NCBI GenBank assembly: GCA_038087875.1
Contig: CM075995.1
Location: forward strand, 9,984,001-10,048,000
DNA: 64,000 nt
DNA from: Malacoraja senta
Lineage: Eukaryota
Direction: 5' to 3'
This document shows positions 1-14,220 of this stretch, one piece after another. The position numbers were made by a program, and so were the translations under genes. Numbering within the stretch: position 1 is the first letter of the stretch; each line of letters begins with the position of its first letter. Under the pieces are notes generated by a model, which did no database searches, had not been told where the DNA came from, and saw only the letters and a list, made by a program, of their open reading frames with translations.

Positions 1-1521
1 GTAATAAAAAAAAATCACATGTGGTTAAAGTGCACATTGTCAGATTTTAATAAAGGCCATTTTTATACATTTTGGTTTCACCATGTAGAAATTACAGCAG
101 TGTTTATACATAATCCCCCATTTCAGGGCACCATAATGTTTGGGACACAGCAGTGTCATGGAAATGAAAGTAGTCATGTTTAGTATTTTGTTGCATTTCC
201 TTTGCATGCAATGACTGCTTGAACTCTGCAATTCATGGACATCACCAGTTGCTGGATGTCTTCTCTGATGATGCTCTGCCAGGCCTGCATTACAGCCATA
301 TTTAGCTTATACTTGTTTTGGGGGATAGTCCCCTTCAGTTTTCTCTTCAGCATATAAAAGGCATGCTCAATTGGGTTCAGATCAGGTGATTTACTTGGCC
401 ACTAAAGAATTGACCATTTTTTAGCTTTGAAAAACTCCTTCGTTGCTTTAGCAGTATGTTTGGGATCATTGTCTTGCTGTAGAATGAACCGCAGACAATG
501 AGTTTAGAGGCATTTGTTTGAACTTAATAGAAATTAAGTTAATAGCATGTGTCTATACACTTCAGAATTAATTACCACCATCAGTTGCATCATCAATGAA
601 GATAAGTGAGCCAGTACCTTCAGCAGCCATACATGCCCAGGCCATAACACCCTCACCACCGTGTTTCACAGATGAGGAGGTATGCTTTGGATCTTGGGCA
701 GTACCTTCTCTCCTCCATACTTTGCTCTTGCCATCACTTGATATAAGTTAATCTTCGTCTCATCTGTCAACAAGACCCTTTTCCAGAACTGTAGTTGCCC
801 TTTTAAGTACTTCTTGGCAAACTGTAACCTGACCATCCTATCTTTGCGGCTAACCAGTGGTTTGCATCTTGCAGTGTAGCCTCTGTATTTCTGTTCATGA
901 AGCCTTCTGCGGACAGTGGTCATTGACAAATCCACACCTGACTCCTGAAGAGTGTTTCTGATCTGTCGGATAGGTGATGGGGATTTTACTTTATTATAGA
1001 GAGAATTCTTCTGTCATCAGCTGTGGAGGTCTTCCTTGGCCTGCCAGTCCCTTTGCGATTAGTAAGCTTACCAGTGCTCTCTTTGTTCTTAATAATATTT
1101 CAAACAGTTTTATTCTTGTTTCTCAGTCTCAAAGTGGTTTCTTTGACTTTCATTGGCAAAACTTTGGTCCTCATGTTGATGGACAGCAATAAAAGTTTCC
1201 TATGGTGATGGAAAGACTGGGTGCTGAGAACTCTCTTATATCTGCATTAAGGAGGCAATTAAACACACCTAAGCAATTACAAATACCTGCGAAACCATGT
1301 GTCCCAAATATTATGGTGCCCTGAAATGGGGGGGGACGATGTATAAACACTGCTGTAATTTCTACATGGTGAAACCAAAATGTATAAAAATACCCTTTAA
1401 TAAAATACAATGTGCACTTCAACCATATGTGATTTATTTCTATTACAAATCTCAAATTGTGGAGTACAGAGGCAAATAAATAAATGATGGGTCTTTGTCC
1501 CAAACATTATGGTGGGCACTG
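1..1521 (-). mobile_element. Tc1/mariner transposon, degenerate, cut by the window start
   Basis: - strand transposase fragments (VRRRLHEQKYRGYTARCKPLVS...TDETKINLY). Long TIR ends ...GGGCACTG at 1521 followed by TA. Matching inverted TIR sequence at 1-150. Confidence 0.9.
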
Positions 1522-1966
1522 TAGTTCCCTGCCTTTGTCCTTTTGGGGTGATCTGAATGAGGTGTTTAAAGTGACTTGGTGAGGCAAGATCAGGCTGGCT
1601 GACCTCCCTCTGATTGTTGAAGTAGAGGTGGGTGACAAATTATCTTGAAATTCTTCAAGAAATAGAGGATGTGGGAACTGTGGTGTTACTGTGGCAGAGC
1701 TGCAGTAGACCCAGGTCCTTTCTGATTCTTCGATAGGTATGTATGTTCTGGTGTGATGGCAGCTCTCTGAATGTCAGTTACCTTAGAAACAAACTTGGAA
1801 GAGAAATGCCGAATGAGATTATTAGGCTGTACAGGTTAATTAGATGGTGGTTGTGAAGTTGTTTCTGTCTGTGCACGATAACTGGGGATAGTGATGGTCA
1901 ACTAGCACCAGAGCTTGCACTCTGCTGTTGCAGAATAGAAAGTGAGGCCCTTCCTTTTGCTTGTAG

Positions 1967-2134
<168 letters not shown>

Positions 2135-5100
2135 TGAAGTGCACTGTGGTCTAATAAAGGAATAAGGCATTGAAGTGGATGTAGCTGGTGATAATAGATA
2201 GTGGTGGTTAGATTGATGGTTGTATGGCAGATTGGTAATAACAGAAGTGGAAAGCCTCATTTCATTGTCATCCAGTCAGCAGCGACGTAGGCAGTCATCA
2301 CTTCCTCTGCAACATGATAGTGGTCAAGTGCTAATTCATGTTAATTGGATGACCACTACACACCCATCGCCCCATCCTCACAAAACATCCCAGCAAGAAT
2401 TTGCAATTTTCCCATTACAATAGACTCTTCCAATAGATTTCTACTCGTTTTAAATATGGTAGGCCAAGATGTTCTAGATTAATTTGTTAAGATTTGTCAC
2501 GGGCATGCTAATGTAGATTAATGCATGCCTGTACAATTGATAAAGGACCCTATGCTTCTACATATGAGCAACTGTGGCTATGAAACCTACAGAATGAAGC
2601 ACTGGTCACTGCTCATTTGTTAACCATCCCAACAAAACTGGTAAGTAAACATAGGCATAGCTTGTGGGATGCCAAAAACTGGTTACAATTGGTTTGGTAT
2701 TAATGGAGGAACTGATGTGCTAATGCCCATGGAACATTAGCCTTGGAAGGTAAGAGGGCATTTAGTGTGGTTTGAGTAGACTTCTGTAGGGGAGCTAGAT
2801 GCAGCCTACTTATGGCAAGTTTTTAAAACAAGCTTTGGGTAGTGTGCAAGAGTAGGCCATGGAATGGAGCTATTAGCCTGTCTATATTTGTCACAAAGGC
2901 TAAAGACTAATTAAAATTATACCGTTGTAGAAAGCGAGTTTAGCCGAGATATGATGGTTTCGGAGTAGTGAGATCCAGATAGTGGGTTCAAGTGATTGAA
3001 GTTCAGTGCTGCAGGGCCTGTGATTTAAAGTCAATGTGGTAACGGTGGCAATCCTAGAAGGAATGAGCATCTTGTATAGGCTATATAAATAGTGTGAGAT
3101 GAGGAGAGGGCAGATGAAATGGATGTTAAGAGCCAAGCCATGAGACTGCAGATTCTGGAGTCTGGAGTTAAAAGAAACTGCTGAAAGATCTCTGGGTCGA
3201 GCAGCAGTTGTAATAGTGAGAGATGTTAAGGCCTGGGGCAGGGAAGGTTATCGGAAAAGACATTTAGTTTCTGGATTGGTCTTGTGGAAAGGCATTGGTA
3301 AGTGGCAGATAGATGGAGGTGTGAGCATGGGAGCTTGCAGCGATAGTGTGATCTCCCCACAGGCACAGATGATGTGGGTGGACAAGAGAAGTCTTCCTGG
3401 TAGTTTTACAATGGATCCCAAGTTTAACGTCAGTTCCTCCAACCATTTTTGAATCAGACTTTTTTATGCCCATGTTTAAAGTCTAGGATTTTGCTGACGT
3501 TATGAATGCTGCCGTAACAGTGCCTATTATGTGATTAGAAACTGCCTCTCTTCTTTGTGTCTCCTCCAAGCTTTTTTGTAGAGCAGGATTCAGCTGCAGA
3601 GTGCCCTCCTCGCCGGTCCAGCAGCCTTTATGTTCAGAAGAAGCAACAACTGTAAATTCCAGCATTAAGGTGTCGCAGCCAGGAGCACACGGCATTCTAA
3701 GCGACTACATCTCCAGGAAACGGCCTGGGATTGGGGGCAGGCAGGGCGGGATTATGAATTTTACCTAACTTTCCTCTGCAATAAATATTTTTGAAGTGAT
3801 TTTTTAATGAAAAGCAATTGCAGGTCATTGGAGTAGACTTTTGTTCTTGTGAAGTACGTAGCGTCTATCCTTGGCTTGTCCTGTTGGCAGCTGGCTCTGC
3901 TCTTGCCTTTGTGTGGAGTACATCAGGGAGCTTTGAGCAGCTACTGTAGTAGGTTTGACTTAATTACCTGCAGTAAAATGTGTAGGTGCTGTGTTCACTT
4001 GAGAATGCTTGGCCATGTTTTTATTTGCGCTGAAGATGTGCTGTATGAGTAATTGAAGATTAAACATGGAAATGACTGATGGACCGTGACGGTCAGGAAC
4101 GACAGACTCTTTCTGGACCCTTGATTATAGGCCAGGCACAACAGCGGTCTTGTGGACATCCACGTTCTGTCCTGTTTCTTGCTGCTTGTTCGCTGTGCCA
4201 TCTGCACACCCCGATGTTTACATCATGTTCTGCTGCTTGTTTCTGGCCTGAGTCACAATTCAGGGTCCCATTCTTTCTTGTAATGAATGGCAGCTTTGTA
4301 CTTGGAGTCGGACCCCGGACCCTGGCAAGAAGATGTTAGTTGGAACTCTTGCTAGCCTGCACTTTGTTTCTTGTTTCATGCTGCAGATCTAGCATAGTAG
4401 TTCCGTGTGGATACAAAGCCACTTCCTTCTCTCTTCGCCTGTGCATCCTAACGTTGGACGTTTCTCATCAACTGAAGAGTGAGGAAAATTCGTTGGTTTC
4501 GTTACCCACCTACGAGCAGTTGGCTGACACTATTCAGCGTCTGAACAATAAATGCACAAGTTGTGAAACCAGTCTCTGATCTCTTCTTTCCACCCACCAC
4601 TATGTTTACTGCGATGGCTCTGTCCTGTGTCTGCAGCGGGTTGTGCTTAGGGTCTGATTCACAGAGTCACACTTTTGTGTTGTGCAATTGGCTGGGGGGA
4701 TAAGTCAGGGCTCTCGCAGTAAACACACACACAGATGTCAACTTGTGTTTGGTATCTGTTAAAGGGGCCTTCAGCCCATTTGAAAAGTGGTAAGTTTCAA
4801 CAGCTTGCTGTCAGGTGCAATCCTCTGCCAATTGTTTCGAGTCGTATGCTGCTGTGTTGGGGAGAAATCCAGCTTGTGATGTTGCATTTTCTCCCACTGC
4901 CTCGGGTCGCTGTTCCTGCTCCTGTCCACGGTGTGTTCTGGGTAGGGTGACATCACTCTGGTCTGCTTGTTCTGTAGCTGCCCTGTACAAATCATCCACC
5001 CATGATCAATTTCTGTGGAAGGTTTTGTACAGTGCAGCTGCAGTGATGTCATTCTACCCAAAACACACCACAGGAAGGTGCGTGGACTGCTAAACTCTTC

Positions 5101-5371
5101 CCACCTCCCTCTTTCCTCCTTGTACCTGCCCTTTCCTGGTGGTGAACGAACGCGAGGTTACAGGGTGGATTTCTCCGCTGCACCACAACGTGTGACTTGG
5201 AGCACTTGGCAGGGGATTGTGCGTGGGAGCAGGAAATTTACTGTTTTTTAAATGAGGTGTAGTTTCCCTTTAATTAGATGTGCCAGCATGCTACATACTC
5301 TCCTGGAAAACACTAAGGCTTTTTTTGTGCACTGGAGTCCAGTGTTCTTAATGAGTGGTCTAGAAAAATGA

Positions 5372-6052
<681 letters not shown>

Positions 6053-7984
6053 TGATTTTTTTTTCCTCCTGTCTTGTTTTCTCCCACTCTAAAGCACCAA
6101 GCTACTTCCTAAGTTGAACCAGACTGCCACTCACTCAATGTTGAAAGGCCATCAGGACAGTACGCCAGAATTGGAAGAGTTGTCCTGATGGAGTGGGAAT
6201 GACTGGAAGAGAAGGCTCATGGTTAGAACCACAGAGGACAAGCCGTGCATTTCATCTCAACCAATGCTAATACCAGAACTAGGAACAGTGGGGGAGGTAT
6301 TCATTCCTTCGCACCATCAGCCCTTCTTTCCTCCTATTAGTTGGATGCTGCTTAAAGTATAGATCTCTGCATGTAGGCTGGCAAGCTCACTTGTCGATAT
6401 AGGTCACTTCTGTGCCTTGGGCACAGCCACAGTTGCGAGGATGCTGCATTTTTAACATTCAGGTTTTCGTCGTGACTGTTATCCAAGACTTGCGCCAGCG
6501 TTGTTATCTGGAATTTCTCGAGTTGGGACTCTTCATTTTGTGCTGGCCACTACATGTAAGCAACCCTTTATCTACAAGACACTGATGTTGGGCATTCCTG
6601 TTTGACCTTGACATAATGTATTCGCCATCACTAGCTACTGGTGGATATGTGCTGTATGTTCAGTCTGAATGCTGCTTCTTTGTGGCTATCTTGAAACTGA
6701 GAATACAGAACCAGAGGCGACTTTTTCCCAAGCTTTTCGCAGCTAGTGGGTTTTCTCACCTTTCTGGGGCAGTTGTAGATGAACTGATTGTTGTGATTAG
6801 TCAACTATTCTTGTAAACGCCAGTTTCTAGTTGGCAAACTAGGTGGCCCACAATATTTCCTTCAGTTAACAATATCTGTATCAATTTAGTGGCAAAAACA
6901 CAGCCAGAAACCTGAAAGGGTTTGCGGCCTAGCATGATAATATATTGGAGAAGTGGGCACTTTATCTCATTGCTGTGCTTGAGGGTTGCTGGATGGCTGT
7001 GCCAACTGCAGCATGAAGCTGCCAGGCAGGTGATCCATTGAAGGAATGCTTTGTATTGTGTGTGCAGTGAGTAGGCAACAGCTCTGTACCGTTGGCTGAC
7101 GCAGATTTAGATTGGCAATGTGACTGATTGATAGCGGTATGAGGAAGCCTTCTATTCTATCAACGCGAGAGATGTTTTACAACTGTAGCAATTGTGCTTC
7201 AACATATCTGATCTTGATGTTTTGGGTTGGGTGGGGGGGAGAATGGGGACAGGGTTGTTATAATAATCAAGCCATCTCCATGTTGTCCTGGTACTTAATG
7301 ACAATTATTCCTTCTGAGTTGTACTCGGTTTGTTTTTAGTTGAAGCATGGATGTTTTGTAATTGAGAATAGTCCAGTCTACTCAGCTGATATATTCCACA
7401 TAACATGTTGGATTTATAGGTCATTTAATATTTTCAGGTATGGTCAGCAGTCGTTGAAGTTTTTTGTGTTCTGTAATTCAACATGAGTATTCTTTGGCAC
7501 AGAAATCTTGAAGTGAAGCTGGAAGTGGGGAAACCAGGCATGTGGAGCTGAGCGTAAGCAAAATAACACTTCTCTCATCTGGTATTGGTCCTATGAAATG
7601 GCTTTGAGTGTCAGTAGAGTTGAAAATATTTGTGCTCCTGGTCCCCTTTGTCAGCAGAATGCATCTCAGCCATGCTTGGGAACATCCAATGTAAACTAAT
7701 CATAAATCCCTTGGATGCACATCAAGGTGAAGCCCTATTTGCTATGTGTGACTAATTTTACTGCTTGCCCAGCTCGCGCTGTCAATGCTAGAAAGCATAG
7801 GTTTAAGGTGAGAAGGAAAAAAATGGATGGAAGTAGTTGAGGCAGGTACAATTGCAATATATAAAAGGCATTTGTAGAGGTACGTGCAAAGGAAAGGTTT
7901 AGCGAGATGGGCCAGGCATGGCCAAATAGGACTAGCTTGGATAGGTATCTCGATCAGTATGGACGAGTTGGGACGAAGGGTGTA

Positions 7985-8108
7985 TGAAGGAACTGCTGAT
8001 GCTGCTTTAAACCAAAGATGGACACAAAATGCTGGAGTAACTCAGCGGGACAAGCAGCATCTCTGGAGAGAAGGAATAGGTGGCGTTTTGGGTCGAGACC
8101 CTTCAGAC
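7985..8108 (-). mobile_element. Penelope-derived terminal repeat fragment
   Basis: ggagtaactcagcgggac..agcatctctggagagaaggaat..gggtcgagacccttcagac motif, recurring throughout the window and adjoining a Penelope RT at 40216. Confidence 0.65.
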
Positions 8109-8929
8109 GAATGGCTTGTTTCCATGCTGTATTACTCGGACAAGAGCAACAATGTTGTGATAAACTTTCACAAAATACTAGTTTAGCCTCAACTGAGATA
8201 TTGTGCTCATTCCTGGGTGCCATATTTTAAGTAAGGGATGAAGGCATTTTGGTGTATACAGAAGAGATTTGCTAAAATGGCTCTATGGGTAACGGTTTGT
8301 GATTCTGTGAATAGATTGAATACCTCATGGTGGTGAGGAGGAATAGAAACCATTCCCCTTGGCAAAGTCAAGAATGGATGAAGGTGAATGTTGGCAGTGA
8401 CAAGATGAGTGATTTGGATCTGAAACTGACTACACAGTGTTCTGATGGAAGCAAATTGAATTGTGGTGTTTAAGGGACTTGAAAGGAACATATTCACAGG
8501 ACTGTGGGGAGTCAGTAGGTTTGTTGTACTTACTGGGTAGCATTTGCATAGAATTGGGACTGTTAACAGGCCAAATGGTCTCCTGTGCGGTAACGATTGA
8601 GAATATATTGGTGATGGCCAACAACCTCTGAATATGGCATCAGACTGTTTATTAACTGGGCATCATGGCTTACTGCTTCAAGTATTTGGCCTGCCTGCAT
8701 GGCACATTCCGCCAATAGTTTCAGATTGGTTGTTACCTGCAATGTCCTCTGACTGCCAACACTGGCTATGGAAGAAATTTAGGCATTGTTTATCATGGCA
8801 CATTGCTTCCAGGCTCCAGTACATTGGATTGCTTTCATTAGAGGCTCTGAAGATGACTACAGTGTTGTGCTATTTCACCCACTTCCATTGCCTCACACCC
8901 AAAACTCTTAGCCTTGAAAGGTCCGCAGG

Positions 8930-9650
8930 GGTTGGTGCGGAGGCCATTACTCTTCACGTTGTATATTAATGATTTGGACAAGGGGATTGAAGGCTTTGTG
9001 GCAAAGTTTGCGGATGATACAAAGATAGGTGGAAGGGCAGGTAGTCTGGAGAAAGCAGTGACTCTGCAGAAGGACTTAGACAGGTTGGGATAGTGGGCAG
9101 AGAAGTAGCAGATGGAATATAGTGTAGCAAAGTGGAGTCTTTTGGTAGTAAGGTCACATTGCATTTTGGTAGTAAGGTCACATTTGGAATATTGTGAGCA
9201 ATTTTGGGCACCATATCTGAGGAAGGATGTGCTGGGTCTGGAGAGGGTCCAGAGGAGGTTTTACAAGAATGATCCCAGGAATTAGTAGATTAACGTATGA
9301 TGAGCGTTTGTCGGCACTGGGCCTGTACTCGCTTGAGTTTAGAAGAATGAGGGGGGACCCGATTGAAATATACAGAGTAGTGATGTGGAGAGGATGTTTC
9401 CACTAGTGCGAGTGTCTAGGACTAGAGGTCATAGCCTCCGAATTAGGAAGGATATGAAGAGAAATATCTTTAGTCAAAAGGCGGTGAATCTGTGGAATTC
9501 TTTGCCACCGAAGGCTGTGGAGGCCAAGTCATTTGATATTTTTAAGGCAGAGATAGATAGATTTTTGATTAGTACGGGTGTCAGAGGTTTTGGGGAGAAG
9601 GCAGGAGAATGGGGTTAGGAGGGAGAGATAGATCAGCCATGATTGAATGG
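8930..9650 (+). mobile_element. CR1 LINE 3' fragment, decayed
   Basis: Remnants of KFADDTK and RTRGHSLRI...VNLWNSLP with stops. Confidence 0.85.
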
Positions 9651-10156
9651 CTCTGCAGGGGTGGGTGTGGCTAAATGTTGCTGAAATGAATGCAAAGCCT
9701 GCTTCACAAAGTGTCTGAGAGAGTATGGGATGCATAGGAACCTCTTGGAGTAAGGAGGAACTTCGGATGGGGATTCAAGGAAACAACAAATCTGTGCAAA
9801 GGAGTGAGCAAGGTACAGAAGGTTGAAGAAAGGTGAGAAAGTGGGGCAAGACCTGCTATGGTGATCTCTGTTTTACACACACTATCCTCACAATCTGACC
9901 CCTGGAAGTATTGGGCTTGGAGGATCACCAGCTCCTCCTTCTTTCCACTAAATTGGAAATCAGTACAAATTTGCTTGCCGGTTCCAAGCTTTGCTGTGAT
10001 GAGCACAGACTGATGGGTGAAGAGAACCAGAGTTTTGGATGAGCTACAGTTGAGAGCTCGGCAAAAGTGTCCAGGAAGGCGTTAGCTGTTGGTGGTAGTG
10101 GACAATCCTGAGGGTGTGGAATCCCTTCTTAGAACACAGGACAGTTGCAAACATTG

Positions 10157-10354
10157 TAGGAAGGAACTACAGATGCTGGTTTAAACCGAAGATAGATGGA
10201 AAATGCCAGAGTAACTCAGCGGGACATGCAGCATCTCTGGAGAGAAGGAATGGATGACGTTTTGGGTCGAAACCTGAAGTCTGATGATGGGTCTCGATCC
10301 GAAACGTCACCCATTCCTTCTCTCCAGAGTTGTCAAGCATTTTAAGTCTATCTA
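10157..10354. mobile_element. Inverted pair of Penelope-derived terminal repeats with a hammerhead-like core
   Basis: Two opposed arms; CTGATGA-TGGGTCTCGATCC-GAAAC-GTC at 10281-10308. Confidence 0.7.
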
Positions 10355-10779
10355 CAGTTGTGAACTATGGTTTAACCATAGCCAAGAGCCTGGGAATGTG
10401 GTATGTTGATGATCTGTGATCGTCTCTGAAGTTAATCTTCTCTTTGGAAGTCCTTCCTGCTCAAAACCTTGCTTTTGCTTGAGCATCATTTTAGTTGTAT
10501 GTTTTATTTGGAGTTTTGTATTATTATAGATAAGAGAGTGGACATTTGGCCCATCAGGTAATGCCAGGCATCTGCCAGTTTAGTGTGACTATATTGAAAA
10601 GCAAACAATTGGGTTGGTTTATCATTCGCGTCATGGTGATACAGCGTGGAAACAGGCCCTTTGGCCCAACTTGCCCGGGTTTTGTCCATTTCCCTCCAAA
10701 CCTGTCCTATCCATGTAGTCACTCGTGCTAAACAGGAAAATTGCGTTGGAATATAGTGTTACAGTTACAGAGAAAATGT

Positions 10780-11230
10780 ATATACCAATACCAAGTGCAG
10801 ATTTTAAAATGCAACAGCTGCCATGAGGTAGATGGCAAATTGGAAATTCGTCCACAGTATATGTGAAGTCCATTCAATAGCCTGATAACAGCGGGAAAGA
10901 AGCTGTTCCTGAATCTAGTGGTACTTGCTTTCATGTTTCTGTATCTTCTGCCTGACGCGAGAGTGGAGGTGGGAATGACCAGGGTGTGAGTGGTCCTTGA
11001 TTGTGTTGGCTGCTTTCCCGAGGCAGTGTGGATGGTGTGGATGATGGGGAGTCTGGTCTGTGTGATAGACCAGGCTACGACTCTGTAATTTATTGCGGTA
11101 TTGGGTTATCAATCCAAGCAGATGCATCCGGATAAGATGCTTTCTACGGTACATCTGGAAGTTGGTGATGCTGAATTTTCTCCTTTTTCTAAGGAAGTAG
11201 AGGTGTTGCTTTCATGGCCCTAGCGTGAAT
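10780..11230 (-). mobile_element. Rex1/Babar- or L2-like LINE 3' fragment
   Basis: - strand IKDHSHPGH...KASTTRFRNSFFPAVIRLLN C-terminal motif. Confidence 0.65.
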
Positions 11231-12456
11231 GTGGACAGATTGTTGGTGATATTTGCTTGGTCCTTGATGAATTAACTTCTGAGTTTTTGCTGCGCTAGAC
11301 CAATGCAGATTGTCCAATTACTGCCAATTTAAAGGTACAGTGTTGTGGAGTCTTTGACCAAAGCTGACTTTTCATCCTATTTGGGCTGAATTTGAACTGG
11401 GTCAATGAGGTGAAAGGGCAACTTGTTTCTGGATATCCTTGCATTTGCTCTTGGGTAATGGCAGGTTTGCTGCAGCTGGTTCATACACCATCAGGTAGGT
11501 GTACCATTGTGATGATCTGTCTGCAATATATTTATTCTCGCCACTACTGACAAAGTGGCAGTAGTACAACAAGCTGAAATTGCATTAGCGAATTCTGCCT
11601 CAGTACAATTCAACCCATTTAAAAATAACAGTGGACAATACTCTGCCCATCGGAGTGTGGTCCACAGGTGGAGGTTCAAAGGTGGTGCTGTGATCCTCAG
11701 TGTTTGAAGGTACCGTGAACCGTCCCTGGGACAAACAGCTGCAATTCACAGACTGGCAGATAGAGAGCAACATGTGATCGCTCTGTTTGGGATCCTTTAC
11801 TGATCCTGGTTTGGGCACCAATGTCCTGGTGCACAAAGCAGCTCCGTGGCAACACTGTTGAGCTTTCTCCTGCTTGCACACGGTCCCTGTCAAAAGTCTA
11901 TGCAAACCCAGGCATGTGTGAGGAATCCCACAGCTCAAACAGGTACAACCTGGTCTGAGTTCCAGAACCACACTGAACGGTGTGGAGGCCAGGCGTGGAA
12001 ATGAAAGAGAAATGACGAGAAGTGGGCATGAAGGTAAGCGAGTCCGGCGTATGTTTTGTGTGGATGTATAATCACCCTGGAGCTGTGGGGCAGGGGGTGG
12101 TTGGGAGGGGTTTTCAATGGCCATTGGGGACTTTAGCTCTTAGTGAATGGGATGGTGTTGGAGGAGGGGCCTGGGGTGATGGTTCGGGGGCTGCAGTGGT
12201 GAACGTGCAGGGGAGGGTGGTAGCGGTTGTTAAAGGGGGGTGGATACTTTAAGGAGGGGGGACATTGGGGATGGCCTGCCCTAGTGATGGGGAGCATGCA
12301 TTGGGCCACGGTGGCTGGTCATCGGGATATCGAGACGTGCGGGTGGATGGGAGGGGTGTAAACACGAGGGGCCGGTGGGAATAGTGTGGCGATGCTGGGC
12401 TTTACAGAATGTCAGCTGCCGGGTTGTGCTGAGGCCTGATTGTGCACGAACACTGA

Positions 12457-12708
<252 letters not shown>

Positions 12709-13652
12709 TAGCTACCTGTTAGCATGGCCCCCCCGACCAAACCTGCTCTGTTTCAACCAGGTGTAAGGGGATTGATCAGACAGAGAATTCAACTGTCCTG
12801 TGGTGTGCGAGAGGTTGCTATTCCTGCAAATGATGATCAACAAGCTCCCTGGTTGAGTATTTACAGACTGGAGTCCTGTAAATGGGGGAAAAAAGCCAGA
12901 AGGAACCTTTCAGATTATGATTCATAAATGTTTCATGAGGCAGAGTGAAGCAAGCGTTCAACAGATTGATTCCTGAGATTGCAGCTTTGTCACATTGGAA
13001 GAGATTAAGCAGACTGCTGTTTCCTGATGCGTTTAGAACAAAGACTGGTACAGCAGTGGAACCGGCCCTTCGACCCACAATGCCTGGACAGACCATGATG
13101 CCAGATGAATATTGCTTGCTTGCAATCCAAACCCCCTCCATTCCTGATATCCATGTGCCTATCTAAAAGCCTCTTAAATGTTACAAATGCCACTCCCCCA
13201 GTCGGGCAAGATAGTGGACAAGGTCGTTAAAGGTCCGCCACTTTTCCTGACTGGGAGATGTAAATGTTCCACTCATTGGTGGAATCGGAGAAATCCTGGA
13301 CAGTTCAAGTCTAGAGTGTTTAAATGTCATATGTGCCGATAACTGCACAATGAAATTCATGCTTACGGCAGCTTAACAGGCCCGTAAACATGATAAAACG
13401 CAGATAAATATATAATAATCAAATAATACAATAATCAGTAATACTGGGTAACTGAAGTCCATAGTGCAACCAAAGACAGTTACTGCCTCCGCTGAACTAC
13501 AGCTCGTTCCAGTAACTTTGCAATGTTGACACTGGTGTTGTAAATTGGCACTCAATAATAACACTGAGGCAGTACTTTATGCAGACTGTCCTTCTGCTTC
13601 TGTATATATCTTAATTTTCTCTCCTAATATTGGTCTCCTTTCTTACCTGCAG

Positions 13653-13794
13653 GAGGCTGTGGCTGGAGCAGCAGTGCTTGGTGTTAGTGGTCTCTCAGCG
13701 CCAGGTCTGGTTACTCCAGCGCTTACCCTTGCTCAACCGCTGGGAGGGTTGCCACAAGCTGTTATGGCAGCTCAGGCCCCAGGTGTCATAACAG
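13653..13794 (+). CDS. PUF60: PUF60 exon, linker before the UHM domain
   Basis: ctgcag|[48 protein letters not shown]|gtcagt; 142 nt. Confidence 0.96.
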
Positions 13795-13979
13795 GTCAGT
13801 CACGCATGGAGGTACAGTGCAGACAGCTGGGGAAGGTGATCAGGAGGGCTGGCTATGGCAATATTCATGCACTGGTTGCCCAGTCTGCTTGATGCTCCAG
13901 TCTGCAGAAGGAGTCCCCCTCCGATCATTGGTATCTCCATTCTAGAGATGGGCAAATGCAATGTAACATTAATGTTCGC

Positions 13980-14220
13980 CACAAAATGCTGGAGTGACTC
14001 AGCACGACAAGCAGCATCTCTGGATAGAAGGAATGGGTGACATTTCTGGTTGAGTAGAAGGAATGGGTGACATTTCTGGTTGAGACCCTTCTTCGGACAC
14101 TTCTTGACCCGAAATGTCACCCATTCCTTTTATTCAGAGATGCTGCCTGTCCCGCTGAATTACTCCAGCATTTTGTATCAATCCTCGGTTTAAAGCAGCA
14201 TCCTGCAGTTCCTTCTGTAA
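13980..14220. mobile_element. Inverted pair of Penelope-derived terminal repeats, degenerate
   Basis: Same motif family as 10157-10354, with an internal duplication of agaaggaatgggtgacatttctggttgag. Confidence 0.65.
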
